A DNA stretch of 64,000 bases from Actinomycetota bacterium (GTDB lineage Bacteria > Actinomycetota > JAICYB01). This document shows, piece by piece, positions 38,191 to 46,312 of this stretch (positions are counted from its first letter, which is position 1; every line of letters begins with the position of its first letter). The position numbers and the translations under genes are program-made. Location of the stretch: contig JBBDRJ010000013.1 of NCBI GenBank assembly GCA_040905525.1, forward strand, positions 231,919 to 295,918, in the 5' to 3' direction. The notes beneath the pieces are model-generated. The model was not told where the DNA came from and did not search any database. It was given only the letters and a program-made list of their open reading frames with translations.

Positions 38191-38885
38191 GCATGCGAAA
38201 GCTAGCCCGGGCGTCGCTGGTGGTCGGTGTGGTAGGGATGGCGGTGATCTTCGGCTCCCATAGCGCTTCCGCGGCCTGTCACTCGTTCACGATCGGCACG
38301 GTGTCGCCCAGCCCGGTGCAGGAGGGCGGGAAGGTGACGGTGACGGTCACCAGGGACGCCGGTGTCGCCGACTCGCATGTGGATATCGAAACTGTCGACG
38401 GAACCGCGAAGGCTGGGAGCGATTTCACGAAGCTGGACACCACGGTGAGCTTCACGGGCGGGACGACGTCCAAGAACGTGTCGGTGCAGACGACCAACGA
38501 TGCGACGATGGAGGGGTCCGAGACGTTCAAGCTGCACCTCTCGAACCCCGGTGGGTGCGCGCCGAACCCGAACTTCCAGCTCGGCCCGGACAAGACGGTG
38601 ACGATCGCGGCGAATGATCAGCAGGTGGTGCAGCCCACGCCTGAGCCGACGGCCGCTCCGACCGCGGCGCCGCCGGCAACGGCCTCGCCGAGCCCGTCGC
38701 CGTCGCCGTCGCCATCACCTTCGGCTTCGCCCTCGCCGTCGCCGACATTCACTCCGTTCCCGACGGCGACGCCGGGCGACGACGGGGGACTGTCCGGTCT
38801 GGGTATAGCGGGGATCATCGTCGGTGCGGGAGCGGTGGGGAGCTTGGCGGCGGTGGGCTTCTTCCGCTGGAGAGCCGGGCGCTAG
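38187..38885 (+). CDS. Secreted Calx-beta domain protein with C-terminal anchor motif (paralog 2)
   Basis: ATGA overlap with paralog 1. VQEGGKVTVTVTRDAG, VDGTAKAGSDF, FTGGTTSKNVSVQTTNDATMEGSETFKLHLSNPGGC. C-terminus GDDGGLSGLGIAGIIVGAGAVGSLAAVGFFRWRAGR. Confidence 0.7.
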   Translation: MSMRKLARASLVVGVVGMAVIFGSHSASAACHSFTIGTVSPSPVQEGGKVTVTVTRDAGVADSHVDIETVDGTAKAGSDFTKLDTTVSFTGGTTSKNVSVQTTNDATMEGSETFKLHLSNPGGCAPNPNFQLGPDKTVTIAANDQQVVQPTPEPTAAPTAAPPATASPSPSPSPSPSPSASPSPSPTFTPFPTATPGDDGGLSGLGIAGIIVGAGAVGSLAAVGFFRWRAGR

Positions 38886-38895
38886 GGGGACGAGG

Positions 38896-39612
38896 ATGCG
38901 AAAGCTCTTTTCTGCGGTGATGGTTGTCGGTCTGGCCGGGATGGTGCTGGTGCTCGGTGCCGGCTACGCGGCGGCCGACTGTCACCAGATCACGATCACC
39001 CGGACCCCGGCGACAGTGCAGGAAGGCAACAAGGTCGAAGTCCGGGTCGAGCGTGACGGGATCAACGGCAGGTCGGCATTTCGCGTTCGTTCCGTCGACG
39101 GATCGGCTAAAGGCGGTACGGACTATCCGAAGCTCGACGAGATCGTCGACTGGCCGAGCGGCGGCGACAAAGCGCACACGTACGTGTTGACGATCACCAA
39201 CGACACGGCGTCTGAAGGGGCCGAGACATTCTTCGTGCGGCTCTCGGAGGTGCATAACGTCCCGAACAACTGCGTGACGACGTTCGTCCCGGCGGACCGT
39301 CAGCGGACGATCACCATAGCGGCGAGCGATCAGAACATCGCGCAGCCGACACCGGCGCCCACGCCGACAACCACTGCGACGGCAACGCCGTCGGCTTCGC
39401 CGAGTGTTTCCCCGTCGGTCTCACCCTCGGTGTCGCCGAGCGTCTCGCCGTCGCCGTTCGAGACGTTCACGCCGTTCCCGACGTCGACGCCCGACGGTGA
39501 CGACGACGGTCTGTCGGGTCTGGCCATAGCTGGGATCGTCGTGGGAGCCGGAGTGCTCGGCGGCGGGGCCGTTGGGGCGCTCTGGTACTTCCGGAGACGC
39601 GCCGCCGGTTGA
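38896..39612 (+). CDS. Secreted Calx-beta domain protein with C-terminal anchor motif (paralog 3)
   Basis: RBS ggggga, then the internal ATG. VQEGNKVEVRVERDG, VDGSAKGGTDY, ITNDTASEGAETFFVRLSEVHNVPNNC. C-terminus DGDDDGLSGLAIAGIVVGAGVLGGGAVGALWYFRRRAAG. Confidence 0.7.
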   Translation: MRKLFSAVMVVGLAGMVLVLGAGYAAADCHQITITRTPATVQEGNKVEVRVERDGINGRSAFRVRSVDGSAKGGTDYPKLDEIVDWPSGGDKAHTYVLTITNDTASEGAETFFVRLSEVHNVPNNCVTTFVPADRQRTITIAASDQNIAQPTPAPTPTTTATATPSASPSVSPSVSPSVSPSVSPSPFETFTPFPTSTPDGDDDGLSGLAIAGIVVGAGVLGGGAVGALWYFRRRAAG

Positions 39613-39615
39613 CGG

Positions 39616-41043
39616 ATGGCTGAAGTCCTGGTCCTCGGCGGCGCCGTGTGCGGTTTGGCGACCGCGATGATGCTGGCGCGCGACGGTCACGACGTTACGG
39701 TGCTCGAGCGCGACGCTGCCGACGTGCCGGACACCGTCGACGCTGCGTGGTCCAGCTGGGAGCGCAAGGGCGTCCCGCAGTTCCGTCAGGCGCACGTGCT
39801 GTTCCCGCGCTTTCGCAAGCACCTCGAGGAGGAATTGCCCGACGTCAACGAGGCCTTCCTGGCCAACGGGGTGAACCAGCTGAGCTTCCTGGGCATCATG
39901 CCGCCGATGATCACCGACCGGTCGCCGCGCCCAGGGGACGACAAGCTGGTGTCGTTATGCGCGCGGCGTCCGTTCATGGACTGGGCGGTGACGCACGCGG
40001 CGCGAGACGTGCCGCGGCTGACGATCCGTCGGGGGGTTCAGGTGACGGAGCTGGTCACCGGAACCTCAGCGGTCGACTCGGTACCGCACGTGGTCGGCGT
40101 CCGCACGGCCGGCGGCGAGGAGCTGGGGGCCGACCTGGTGGTCGATGCCATGGGCCGCCGGTCGAAGACGGTGGAGTGGATCGGGGGTCTTGGCGGACCG
40201 CCGCCGTACGAGGAGGCGGAGGAGCCGGGGTTCACGTATTACTCGCGCTACTTCCGCGGGGATGCGCTGCCGCAGTACATGGGCCCGGTGGGGATGGAGC
40301 TGGGGACGATAACGGTCCTGACCTTCTGGTGCGACAACGGCACGTGGGGGATGGTGCTGAACACGTCGTCGGGCGATCAGCCGCTCAAGCAGCTGCGAAA
40401 GAACGACGTTTGGATGTCGGTAATGCGGTCGTGTCCGCTGCAGGCGCACTGGGCGGACGGGGAGCCGATCACCGACGTCATGCCGATGAGCGGACAGATG
40501 GACAAGTACCGGCGATTCGTTGTGGACGGCAAGCCTGTGGTGACGGGTCTGCTGGCCGTGGCAGACGCGTGGGCGTGCACGAACCCGTCCGCGGGACGTG
40601 GGCTGTCGGTTGGTCTGGGTCACGCGGTGGCGCTGAGGGATACGGTGCGGAAGCATCTGGGCTCGCCGGTGGAGTTGGCGCATGCGTTCGACGCGGTGAC
40701 CGAAGAGGAGTTCAAGCCCTTCTACTACGACCAGGTGCAGGCGGACCGGGCCCGGGTGGCGGCGATGGACGCCAACCGTGAGGGCCGGGAGCCGCCGCCG
40801 CCGAAAGGTGAGTACGCGCAGCGGAGGGTGGACCTGTTCGCGGGTGTGCCGTTGGATCCGGACATCTTCCGCTCCGCGATGTCGTGGCTGTCGTGCCTGG
40901 TGCGTCCGGACAAGATCTTGTGGGACGAGGAGCTGCTGGAGCGTTCACGCAAGGTTGCCGAAGACGCGGGAGTGGGGGCCGGGCCGCCGATGCAGATGCC
41001 GGGCCCGACGCGGGAGCAGCTGCTGGAGATCGTCGGCGGCTAA
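39616..41043 (+). CDS. FAD-dependent oxidoreductase/monooxygenase-like (paralog B)
   Basis: VLVLGGAVCGLATAMMLARDGHDVTVLERD, and ADAWACTNPSAGRG. Colinear with paralog A. Confidence 0.75.
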   Translation: MAEVLVLGGAVCGLATAMMLARDGHDVTVLERDAADVPDTVDAAWSSWERKGVPQFRQAHVLFPRFRKHLEEELPDVNEAFLANGVNQLSFLGIMPPMITDRSPRPGDDKLVSLCARRPFMDWAVTHAARDVPRLTIRRGVQVTELVTGTSAVDSVPHVVGVRTAGGEELGADLVVDAMGRRSKTVEWIGGLGGPPPYEEAEEPGFTYYSRYFRGDALPQYMGPVGMELGTITVLTFWCDNGTWGMVLNTSSGDQPLKQLRKNDVWMSVMRSCPLQAHWADGEPITDVMPMSGQMDKYRRFVVDGKPVVTGLLAVADAWACTNPSAGRGLSVGLGHAVALRDTVRKHLGSPVELAHAFDAVTEEEFKPFYYDQVQADRARVAAMDANREGREPPPPKGEYAQRRVDLFAGVPLDPDIFRSAMSWLSCLVRPDKILWDEELLERSRKVAEDAGVGAGPPMQMPGPTREQLLEIVGG

Positions 41044-41047
41044 GGTT

Positions 41048-41088
41048 TCTTCCGGGATTCCTCGAGCACTGCTTCGACGGTGCTCGCG
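41048..41088. repeat. 41-bp direct repeat copy 1 (relic of response-regulator 3' end)
   Basis: tcttccgggattcctcgagcactgcttcgacggtgctcgcg is identical to 42072..42112 except one base. Its reverse complement encodes ASTVEAVLEESRKKP*. Confidence 0.7.
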
Positions 41089-41124
41089 GTCACCATGTCG
41101 AGCAAACGGACCTTCCCCACAGCA

Positions 41125-41523
41125 TCATGCGGGAATGAAGGAGAGCAGGACGCGTCGTTGCATGCCGTAGAAGCGGTCGACCAGCAGGATCGACTGAGAA
41201 CCGCTCAGCATGATTCGGCCCTGGATCACCGGAAATGTCAGCGACGGACTGAGCAGGACGGGCATCAGATGATCGGAGCCCTCGTCGCCTCGGCCGCAAG
41301 AATTTTCATAAGCAGCTGCTTGGGGCGCGAGTTTCTCGACCAACGGGATGATGTCGTTCTCGGTGCCATTGCCAAGCTCGATCGCGACCAATCCCGCTGT
41401 TGCGTGACGCACGAGGACGTTGACAAGCCCGTCCCCGAGCTCCTGGCAAAAGCTGATGACGTCGGTGGTGATGTCGGCGGTCTCCCTCGAGGTCATGTCG
41501 ACCTCTAGCTCGACTGCCCGCAT
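41125..41523 (-). CDS. YjbQ/UPF0047 family protein
   Basis: HATAGLVAIELGNGTEND...HLMPVLLSPSLTFPVIQGRIMLSGSQSILLVD is colinear with E. coli YjbQ. The ORF frame is open further upstream, to 41772. Confidence 0.7.
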   Translation of the reverse strand: MRAVELEVDMTSRETADITTDVISFCQELGDGLVNVLVRHATAGLVAIELGNGTENDIIPLVEKLAPQAAAYENSCGRGDEGSDHLMPVLLSPSLTFPVIQGRIMLSGSQSILLVDRFYGMQRRVLLSFIPA

Positions 41524-42048
41524 GCGCTCGCCCTCGTACGAGGTGCTTACAGTTGTCGGGGCGGGCGCAAGGTCGACCTGCGTGGGCTGGGGCATCATCA
41601 CGCCTTCTCTGTCGATCAGCCAGGGCCGCCCGTCCTCCTTCTCGAAGGTCGGACGAGAGCAGTAAGAGCACGTCGGCGACCCGTGCTGGTCGCAGCGCCA
41701 GGCCATTAGTGATCTGTCGAACCTCCACCCGGGCGCGTTGCGCTGCCCGCCCTTGCGATGCGTCGTGTCCAATCCCGCGCCTTTCTTCTCGTCCCACAGA
41801 GAGTCGGCCGCTAGCGGCCTGGTCGTTAGCCGATACCTCGGAGGTCTTCGTCTGCAGGGGCCCCATCCCCGCTCTTCGCCGGCGATCGAGGAGATCGTCA
41901 GCTAGAGCTGCGCTGAGGCGCGCGGAGCTGCCAGTCGTGACCGCAGGAATTGCAGTGCCTGTCGGGGTCGAGGTCGACGGTCATGCAGCATCCACCGAGG
42001 AGCGGTGACTTCGCGGTCATAGTCGCGAGTCAAGCTTCGAGAAGCGAC

Positions 42049-42450
42049 TTAGTCGGAGTCGTCCCGCGGAGTCTTCCGCGATTCCTCGAGCACTGCTTCG
42101 ACGGTGCTCGCGAGCACTTCGCGGTGCGAGGGCTTGATGATGTAACGGACGGCGCCGCCGGCCATGGCCGTGAGCTCGTTGTCGATGTCGTCCTTGGCCG
42201 TGAGCATGACCACGGGGATGCGGCTGAGGCGCTCCGACATCTTGAGGCCGCGCAGGAAGGTGAGCCCGTCGGTCCCGGGCATGACGATGTCGAGGACGAT
42301 GGTGTCGAAGCTGTAGGTCTTGAGGAGCTCGAGGGCGTCGTTGACGTTTCCGGCCTCGAAGACGCGGAAACCGGCCTCTTCGAGGTCCAGGACGTTGAGC
42401 TTCCGATCGAGCTCGTGATCGTCAATGATGAGAACGCGGCCCTTGCCCAT
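42049..42450 (-). CDS. Stand-alone response regulator receiver (CheY-like)
   Basis: RVLIIDDHE...DTIVLDIVMPGTDGL...VVMLTAKDD receiver motifs with the phospho-acceptor Asp. No output domain. Confidence 0.8.
   Translation of the reverse strand: MGKGRVLIIDDHELDRKLNVLDLEEAGFRVFEAGNVNDALELLKTYSFDTIVLDIVMPGTDGLTFLRGLKMSERLSRIPVVMLTAKDDIDNELTAMAGGAVRYIIKPSHREVLASTVEAVLEESRKTPRDDSD
42072..42112. repeat. 41-bp direct repeat copy 2 (inside the 3' end of the response-regulator gene)
   Basis: Matches 41048..41088 at 40/41 positions. Confidence 0.7.
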
Positions 42451-42563
42451 GCAACCCCCTCTCCCTGTCTCTAGAGTCTCGCATCGAGCACGACTCGGCA
42501 ACGCTTAACGTCGCCCGCACGTTTGGGTGATCGAGGGCGGGGCTATGACTCCTGACGACCTGG

Positions 42564-43292
42564 ATGGGCGAGAACTGGGACCTGTTCAGGCACTCACGCG
42601 AGCGAGGGGGATCCATGACGCTCGACACGCATGTAGCGGATCGCGAGGACGAGCCCGCGATCTCGCTGTTTACGAAGGTCGTTGCCATCTTCGCCGTGGT
42701 CGGGGCGGGCCTCGGAGCGGCAACGCTCATCTTCCTGTGGGCGACAGGATTCTTCGATGCGACCGAGGCCGAGGGGCTCGACGCTCTCGGGGAGCAGTTC
42801 CTCGGCGGGATAGCCATCGCGACGGTGCTCGTCTTCGCTCTGCTCGTCGGGGTTGTATTGGCGGCGCTCGGCGGGATGCACGTAGCGAACTACGGGACGA
42901 GCCGTGGTGCGGCGGCGCTTGCCGGTGCCCTCGCCGGCGCCGTCGGGCACGTGGCGCTGGTAGCGGTTCTCGGGGCCATCCTCGTGTTCGGGATCGATGC
43001 GCTCACTTCCTCCACGGCGGACGAAGCGGTCCCGACGCCGACGCCGGTGGAGACGCAAAGTCCGGAAGAGCTCGCTTCGTGTCGAGAGTTGTTCGGACAA
43101 GACTCGCCGCTGTGCGTCGACCAAGCGGCGGAGGAGGCCGATACCGACGACGGGGACGACGATGCCGTGAGCTTCGAGGACGTCTCGAGGATCGGTCTCG
43201 GTCTGATTCCGGCCGCGCTCGTGGGCGGACTAACGGCAGCGATCCTTTTCCGTCGTCGGTACGGGCCGGAGGCTCACAGACGGATCGACTAA
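42564..43292 (+). CDS. Hypothetical membrane protein
   Basis: Four Gly/Ala-rich hydrophobic helices. The start is ambiguous (42564 or ATG 42615). Confidence 0.4.
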   Translation: MGENWDLFRHSRERGGSMTLDTHVADREDEPAISLFTKVVAIFAVVGAGLGAATLIFLWATGFFDATEAEGLDALGEQFLGGIAIATVLVFALLVGVVLAALGGMHVANYGTSRGAAALAGALAGAVGHVALVAVLGAILVFGIDALTSSTADEAVPTPTPVETQSPEELASCRELFGQDSPLCVDQAAEEADTDDGDDDAVSFEDVSRIGLGLIPAALVGGLTAAILFRRRYGPEAHRRID

Positions 43293-43553
43293 GCAATGGC
43301 ACCATCGGAGGGAACGACGGACTGGAATCGTCGTCGAACCGCTCGAACATGTCGCCCTCCTCGTCCCGGCGCGAACGAGTGGCTCGACGAGCCCGGAGGA
43401 AAAACAAAGACCCCTCCCGAGAGGGGTCGGGACTTGCAGCATCGTCCCCGTCGCCGGCTAACGGGCTGCTGGAGACGATCGAGCTAGATATCGACGCCAA
43501 CCGTGCGGTCGTCCGCCTTCGCACGTCGTAGTGCAATATGTTATACAAGTTGC

Positions 43554-43802
43554 ATGACACAGCTCGTGGCCAGGATCCCCGATGAGGTGGCCAGGGCCCT
43601 GGACGATCTCGTCGCGTCGGGTGCCTTCGCTACGCGATCGGACGCGGTCCGCGAGGCCTTGCTGGAATTGCTCGATCGACATCGGCGGGGCGAAACCGCC
43701 CGGCGCATCGTCGAGGGGTATCGGCGACGTCCGCAGAGTGAGGACGAGATCGAGTGGGCCGAGGCAGCCACGGTCGCGATGATCGCCGACGAGCCGTGGT
43801 GA
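43554..43802 (+). CDS. Ribbon-helix-helix type II antitoxin
   Basis: The N-terminal IPDEVARALDDLVASGAFATRSDAVREAL is an RHH fold. GTGA overlap with the downstream toxin. Confidence 0.7.
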   Translation: MTQLVARIPDEVARALDDLVASGAFATRSDAVREALLELLDRHRRGETARRIVEGYRRRPQSEDEIEWAEAATVAMIADEPW

Positions 43803-44107
43803 TTCCGCGCCAGGGGGATGTCTGGTGGGCGGAGGCCGAGAACAAACGTCGTCCGGTCCTCGTCGTCACCCGGAGCGAAGCGATAGGGGTGCTGCGCTGG
43901 ATCGTCGTCGCTCCAGTCACGCGTACGATCCGCGACATCCCGACCGAGGTCAAGCTCGGGCCTGAGGACGGTCTCCGCGATGACTGCGCGGCGACGTTCG
44001 ACAACCTGCAACCCATCGGCCGGGCGTTTCTGACTGAGCGGATCGGCGCTCTTGGGCCGCGACGGGGCGAGATCTGCCGGGCCCTCGTGGCTCTCGCGGA
44101 CTGCTAG
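43799..44107 (+). CDS. MazF/PemK family toxin
   Basis: GTG start. The GDVWWAE...RPVLVVTRS motif is characteristic of PemK/MazF. Confidence 0.75.
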   Translation: MIPRQGDVWWAEAENKRRPVLVVTRSEAIGVLRWIVVAPVTRTIRDIPTEVKLGPEDGLRDDCAATFDNLQPIGRAFLTERIGALGPRRGEICRALVALADC

Positions 44108-44313
44108 GCAACTACCTGGGCGGCAAGTCCGCGTCCACGAAGCACAGAACGGCTGTGATCGGCGTCGGAGGGTTAGGCATCAATGTTCTGCGACATCAAG
44201 GGATGACGCGAAGGCGAGCGGTATTCATCGCGTCGATCGGCGGCGTCATTGGTCTAGCGGTTGCGCCGTGGGTTGGAGACGCCTGGCGAAGCTGAAATCG
44301 CCAGCTTAGTTGG

Positions 44314-44994
44314 CTAAGGGCATTGCTCTTCGTCCTTGACCGCGCCCAGGTCGATCTCTTGAGACTCTGGGACTTTCGTTCCCGCCGCCGGTTCTTGATC
44401 GCAAACCTTCCAGTTGTTATCGATGATTTGATTTCGGCCCTCTCTCTTCGCGTCATGTGACGTTAGGACGTACAGGCCTTCGGCCTGAAGTAGATCCTGC
44501 GCTTCCTGCAAGTCCATTCCGACGACGTTAGGCACTACGATCAACAGAGACTCGGTTGGTGTGGGCGTGGCAATGGGCGAAGAATCCACCGGGGCTTCAG
44601 TCGAAGGGGTAGCGTCGAACTTATCTTCGGCTCCGCAGCTCCGGTCAATCAGCAATCGGACGGCGTCGAGGGCTGCTCCCTCAGCTGGATCCTGATCACA
44701 CACGGTCCAGGCAGACTCATCGATCGTTCCTTGGGCGCCACCTCCGACGATTTCGATAGCGTCGCGATCGTTGAGCCCAACCTTGTTCAGGTTGCTCCTC
44801 GCAACGTCGAGCCGCTGCCCGGCGACGTTGGGCATCAGCTTGTCGATAGATCCTTCGTTGCTCGAACAAGAGGCAAGCAATGCGGCGATTGCCAAAGAGA
44901 GTGCGATGGCCCGCGCAATAGCTCCCCATGCAGAGTTCGTCTTCGCGCACTCGACGCCGCTAACCAAGCGAATTCGGCGTGATGTTCTTGACAT
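44314..44994 (-). CDS. Lipoprotein with two PASTA domains
   Basis: Lipobox LLASCSS. Two repeats, MPNVAGQRLDVARSNLNKVGL...VCDQDPAEG and VPNVVGMDLQEAQDLLQAEGL...VCDQEPAAG. Confidence 0.65.
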   Translation of the reverse strand: MSRTSRRIRLVSGVECAKTNSAWGAIARAIALSLAIAALLASCSSNEGSIDKLMPNVAGQRLDVARSNLNKVGLNDRDAIEIVGGGAQGTIDESAWTVCDQDPAEGAALDAVRLLIDRSCGAEDKFDATPSTEAPVDSSPIATPTPTESLLIVVPNVVGMDLQEAQDLLQAEGLYVLTSHDAKREGRNQIIDNNWKVCDQEPAAGTKVPESQEIDLGAVKDEEQCP

Positions 44995-45818
44995 CAACCG
45001 TCCGTGACGTCGATTGTCCATTTTCCGTCTGCGTCGATATCCAACCAATAAATCCCAGGTGTAACGCCCGTCGGCTTCGTTGCCGAGTGCGGAGCTAGAT
45101 CATTCGCGAGCAATTCCACCCGGTCTCCGCTTGCATCGTAAAGCCAGACGGAGCAGGTCCCTTCTGTCCCCACGCAATTGATCTTGAACGTCACCAAGCC
45201 GCCAGGCAGCTCAAAGGGCCCCTTCGAGCGTTGATCTGTGTCTTCAAAGCGCAAGGGGACACTGGGGCCCGCTCTGTCCCTTGGCTGTTCGATTACGACC
45301 TCCCAAGCACCGTCCGTGTCGACATCTAGTAGATAGGCGCCCGACTCATGGCCCCGGATAGTGCTCGCAACCAGTGGTGAGAAATCGTTCGCGATCAGTT
45401 CGATTCTTTCTCCCGAGGCGGCCGATAACACCCAGATCGAGCACGTGCCTTCGGCTCGGCAAGTCGTCTTGTACTGGACCAGTCCTGTCGAAAGCTCGAA
45501 CTTCGTCGACGCACTCTGGCCCGTGCCGCTCAGCGTTATCGGTGGAGGAGCTTGGATCGGATTGGGCGTATCGGAAAAGTCATCGTTGACCGCTACGGGA
45601 GCAGACGCCGTTGATGGAGGGGTGTAGAAATCGCCTCCGTATTCATAGCCTGGTCGCGGTGTCGGGCCAACCGTTGCCAATGGTCGCTGTTCACCAACCC
45701 GATTAGAATCGCCGGAGTTGCACGCGGCTATGGTCGCTGTCAGTAGAAGCAGACCAACGCGGTATGCGAGAACGACGTGCAAAGCGCCCTCCGCCGCCCC
45801 TAGTGGCTGGGGGACCAA
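44994..45818 (-). CDS. Secreted/lipoprotein with two internal ~90-aa repeats, unknown function
   Basis: Hydrophobic N-terminus ending IAAC. Repeats TCSIWVLSAASGERIELIANDFSP... and TCSVWLYDASGDRVELLANDLAP.... Confidence 0.5.
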   Translation of the reverse strand: MVPQPLGAAEGALHVVLAYRVGLLLLTATIAACNSGDSNRVGEQRPLATVGPTPRPGYEYGGDFYTPPSTASAPVAVNDDFSDTPNPIQAPPPITLSGTGQSASTKFELSTGLVQYKTTCRAEGTCSIWVLSAASGERIELIANDFSPLVASTIRGHESGAYLLDVDTDGAWEVVIEQPRDRAGPSVPLRFEDTDQRSKGPFELPGGLVTFKINCVGTEGTCSVWLYDASGDRVELLANDLAPHSATKPTGVTPGIYWLDIDADGKWTIDVTDG

Positions 45819-46012
45819 TCTAACAACTCAGTGTGCCTCTGGGCGGGCAGTGGACTAAGGCGCGATGCGACTGATGCTTTCACCGGTTGTTGATGATTTT
45901 CACCCTCATCGCCTTCGGACTTATGCCGTCTTGCGGCATCAAGGAATCATCCGTTGATGCGCCGTCATTAGCGCAACTCTGGGCGGGATACTCGGTGATG
46001 CTGACTTCGTCG

Positions 46013-46312
46013 CTACGAGCTCTTCCCGGTCCCTTCTGAGGAGCTATCAGCGCTTGAGCTGTCGCTCGACGCCGAGGTGGACCCATCGGAGGTAGACCCT
46101 CCAGTTGAACCGGCTCCCGGTGCGCCGGGTGCTTTCGGGTTGAATCCGGCGGCGTGTCCCTGTGGTCGACGCGGCGGTGCACCCCGTAACGGCGACCCCC
46201 GATAACCTCCACGCTTCTCGAAGTGCCTAGCGGCTTGTGTCGACTGTGGAGTTGCCGATGGTGGATCGCTCTTTGCAGGTTCAGCCATCTGTCTCTTCCT
46301 CTTCGTCTTCAT
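46013..46312 (-). CDS. Small basic/Ser-rich hypothetical protein
   Basis: An ORF in the low-GC stretch. Lys/Arg-rich N-terminus and Ser-rich tail. Weak support. Confidence 0.25.
   Translation of the reverse strand: MKTKRKRQMAEPAKSDPPSATPQSTQAARHFEKRGGYRGSPLRGAPPRRPQGHAAGFNPKAPGAPGAGSTGGSTSDGSTSASSDSSSADSSSEGTGKSS

Noticed and set aside
37900-39480. Considered whether the hexamer repeats could be a CRISPR array
   Set aside because: The repeats are 6-nt coding microsatellites inside ORFs, with no 28-37-bp repeat-spacer structure and no cas genes.
45838-45982. 11-bp direct repeat ctctgggcggg about 130 bp apart in a non-coding low-GC stretch
   Set aside because: It is too short and isolated to call an element. 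No associated inverted repeats or ORF.
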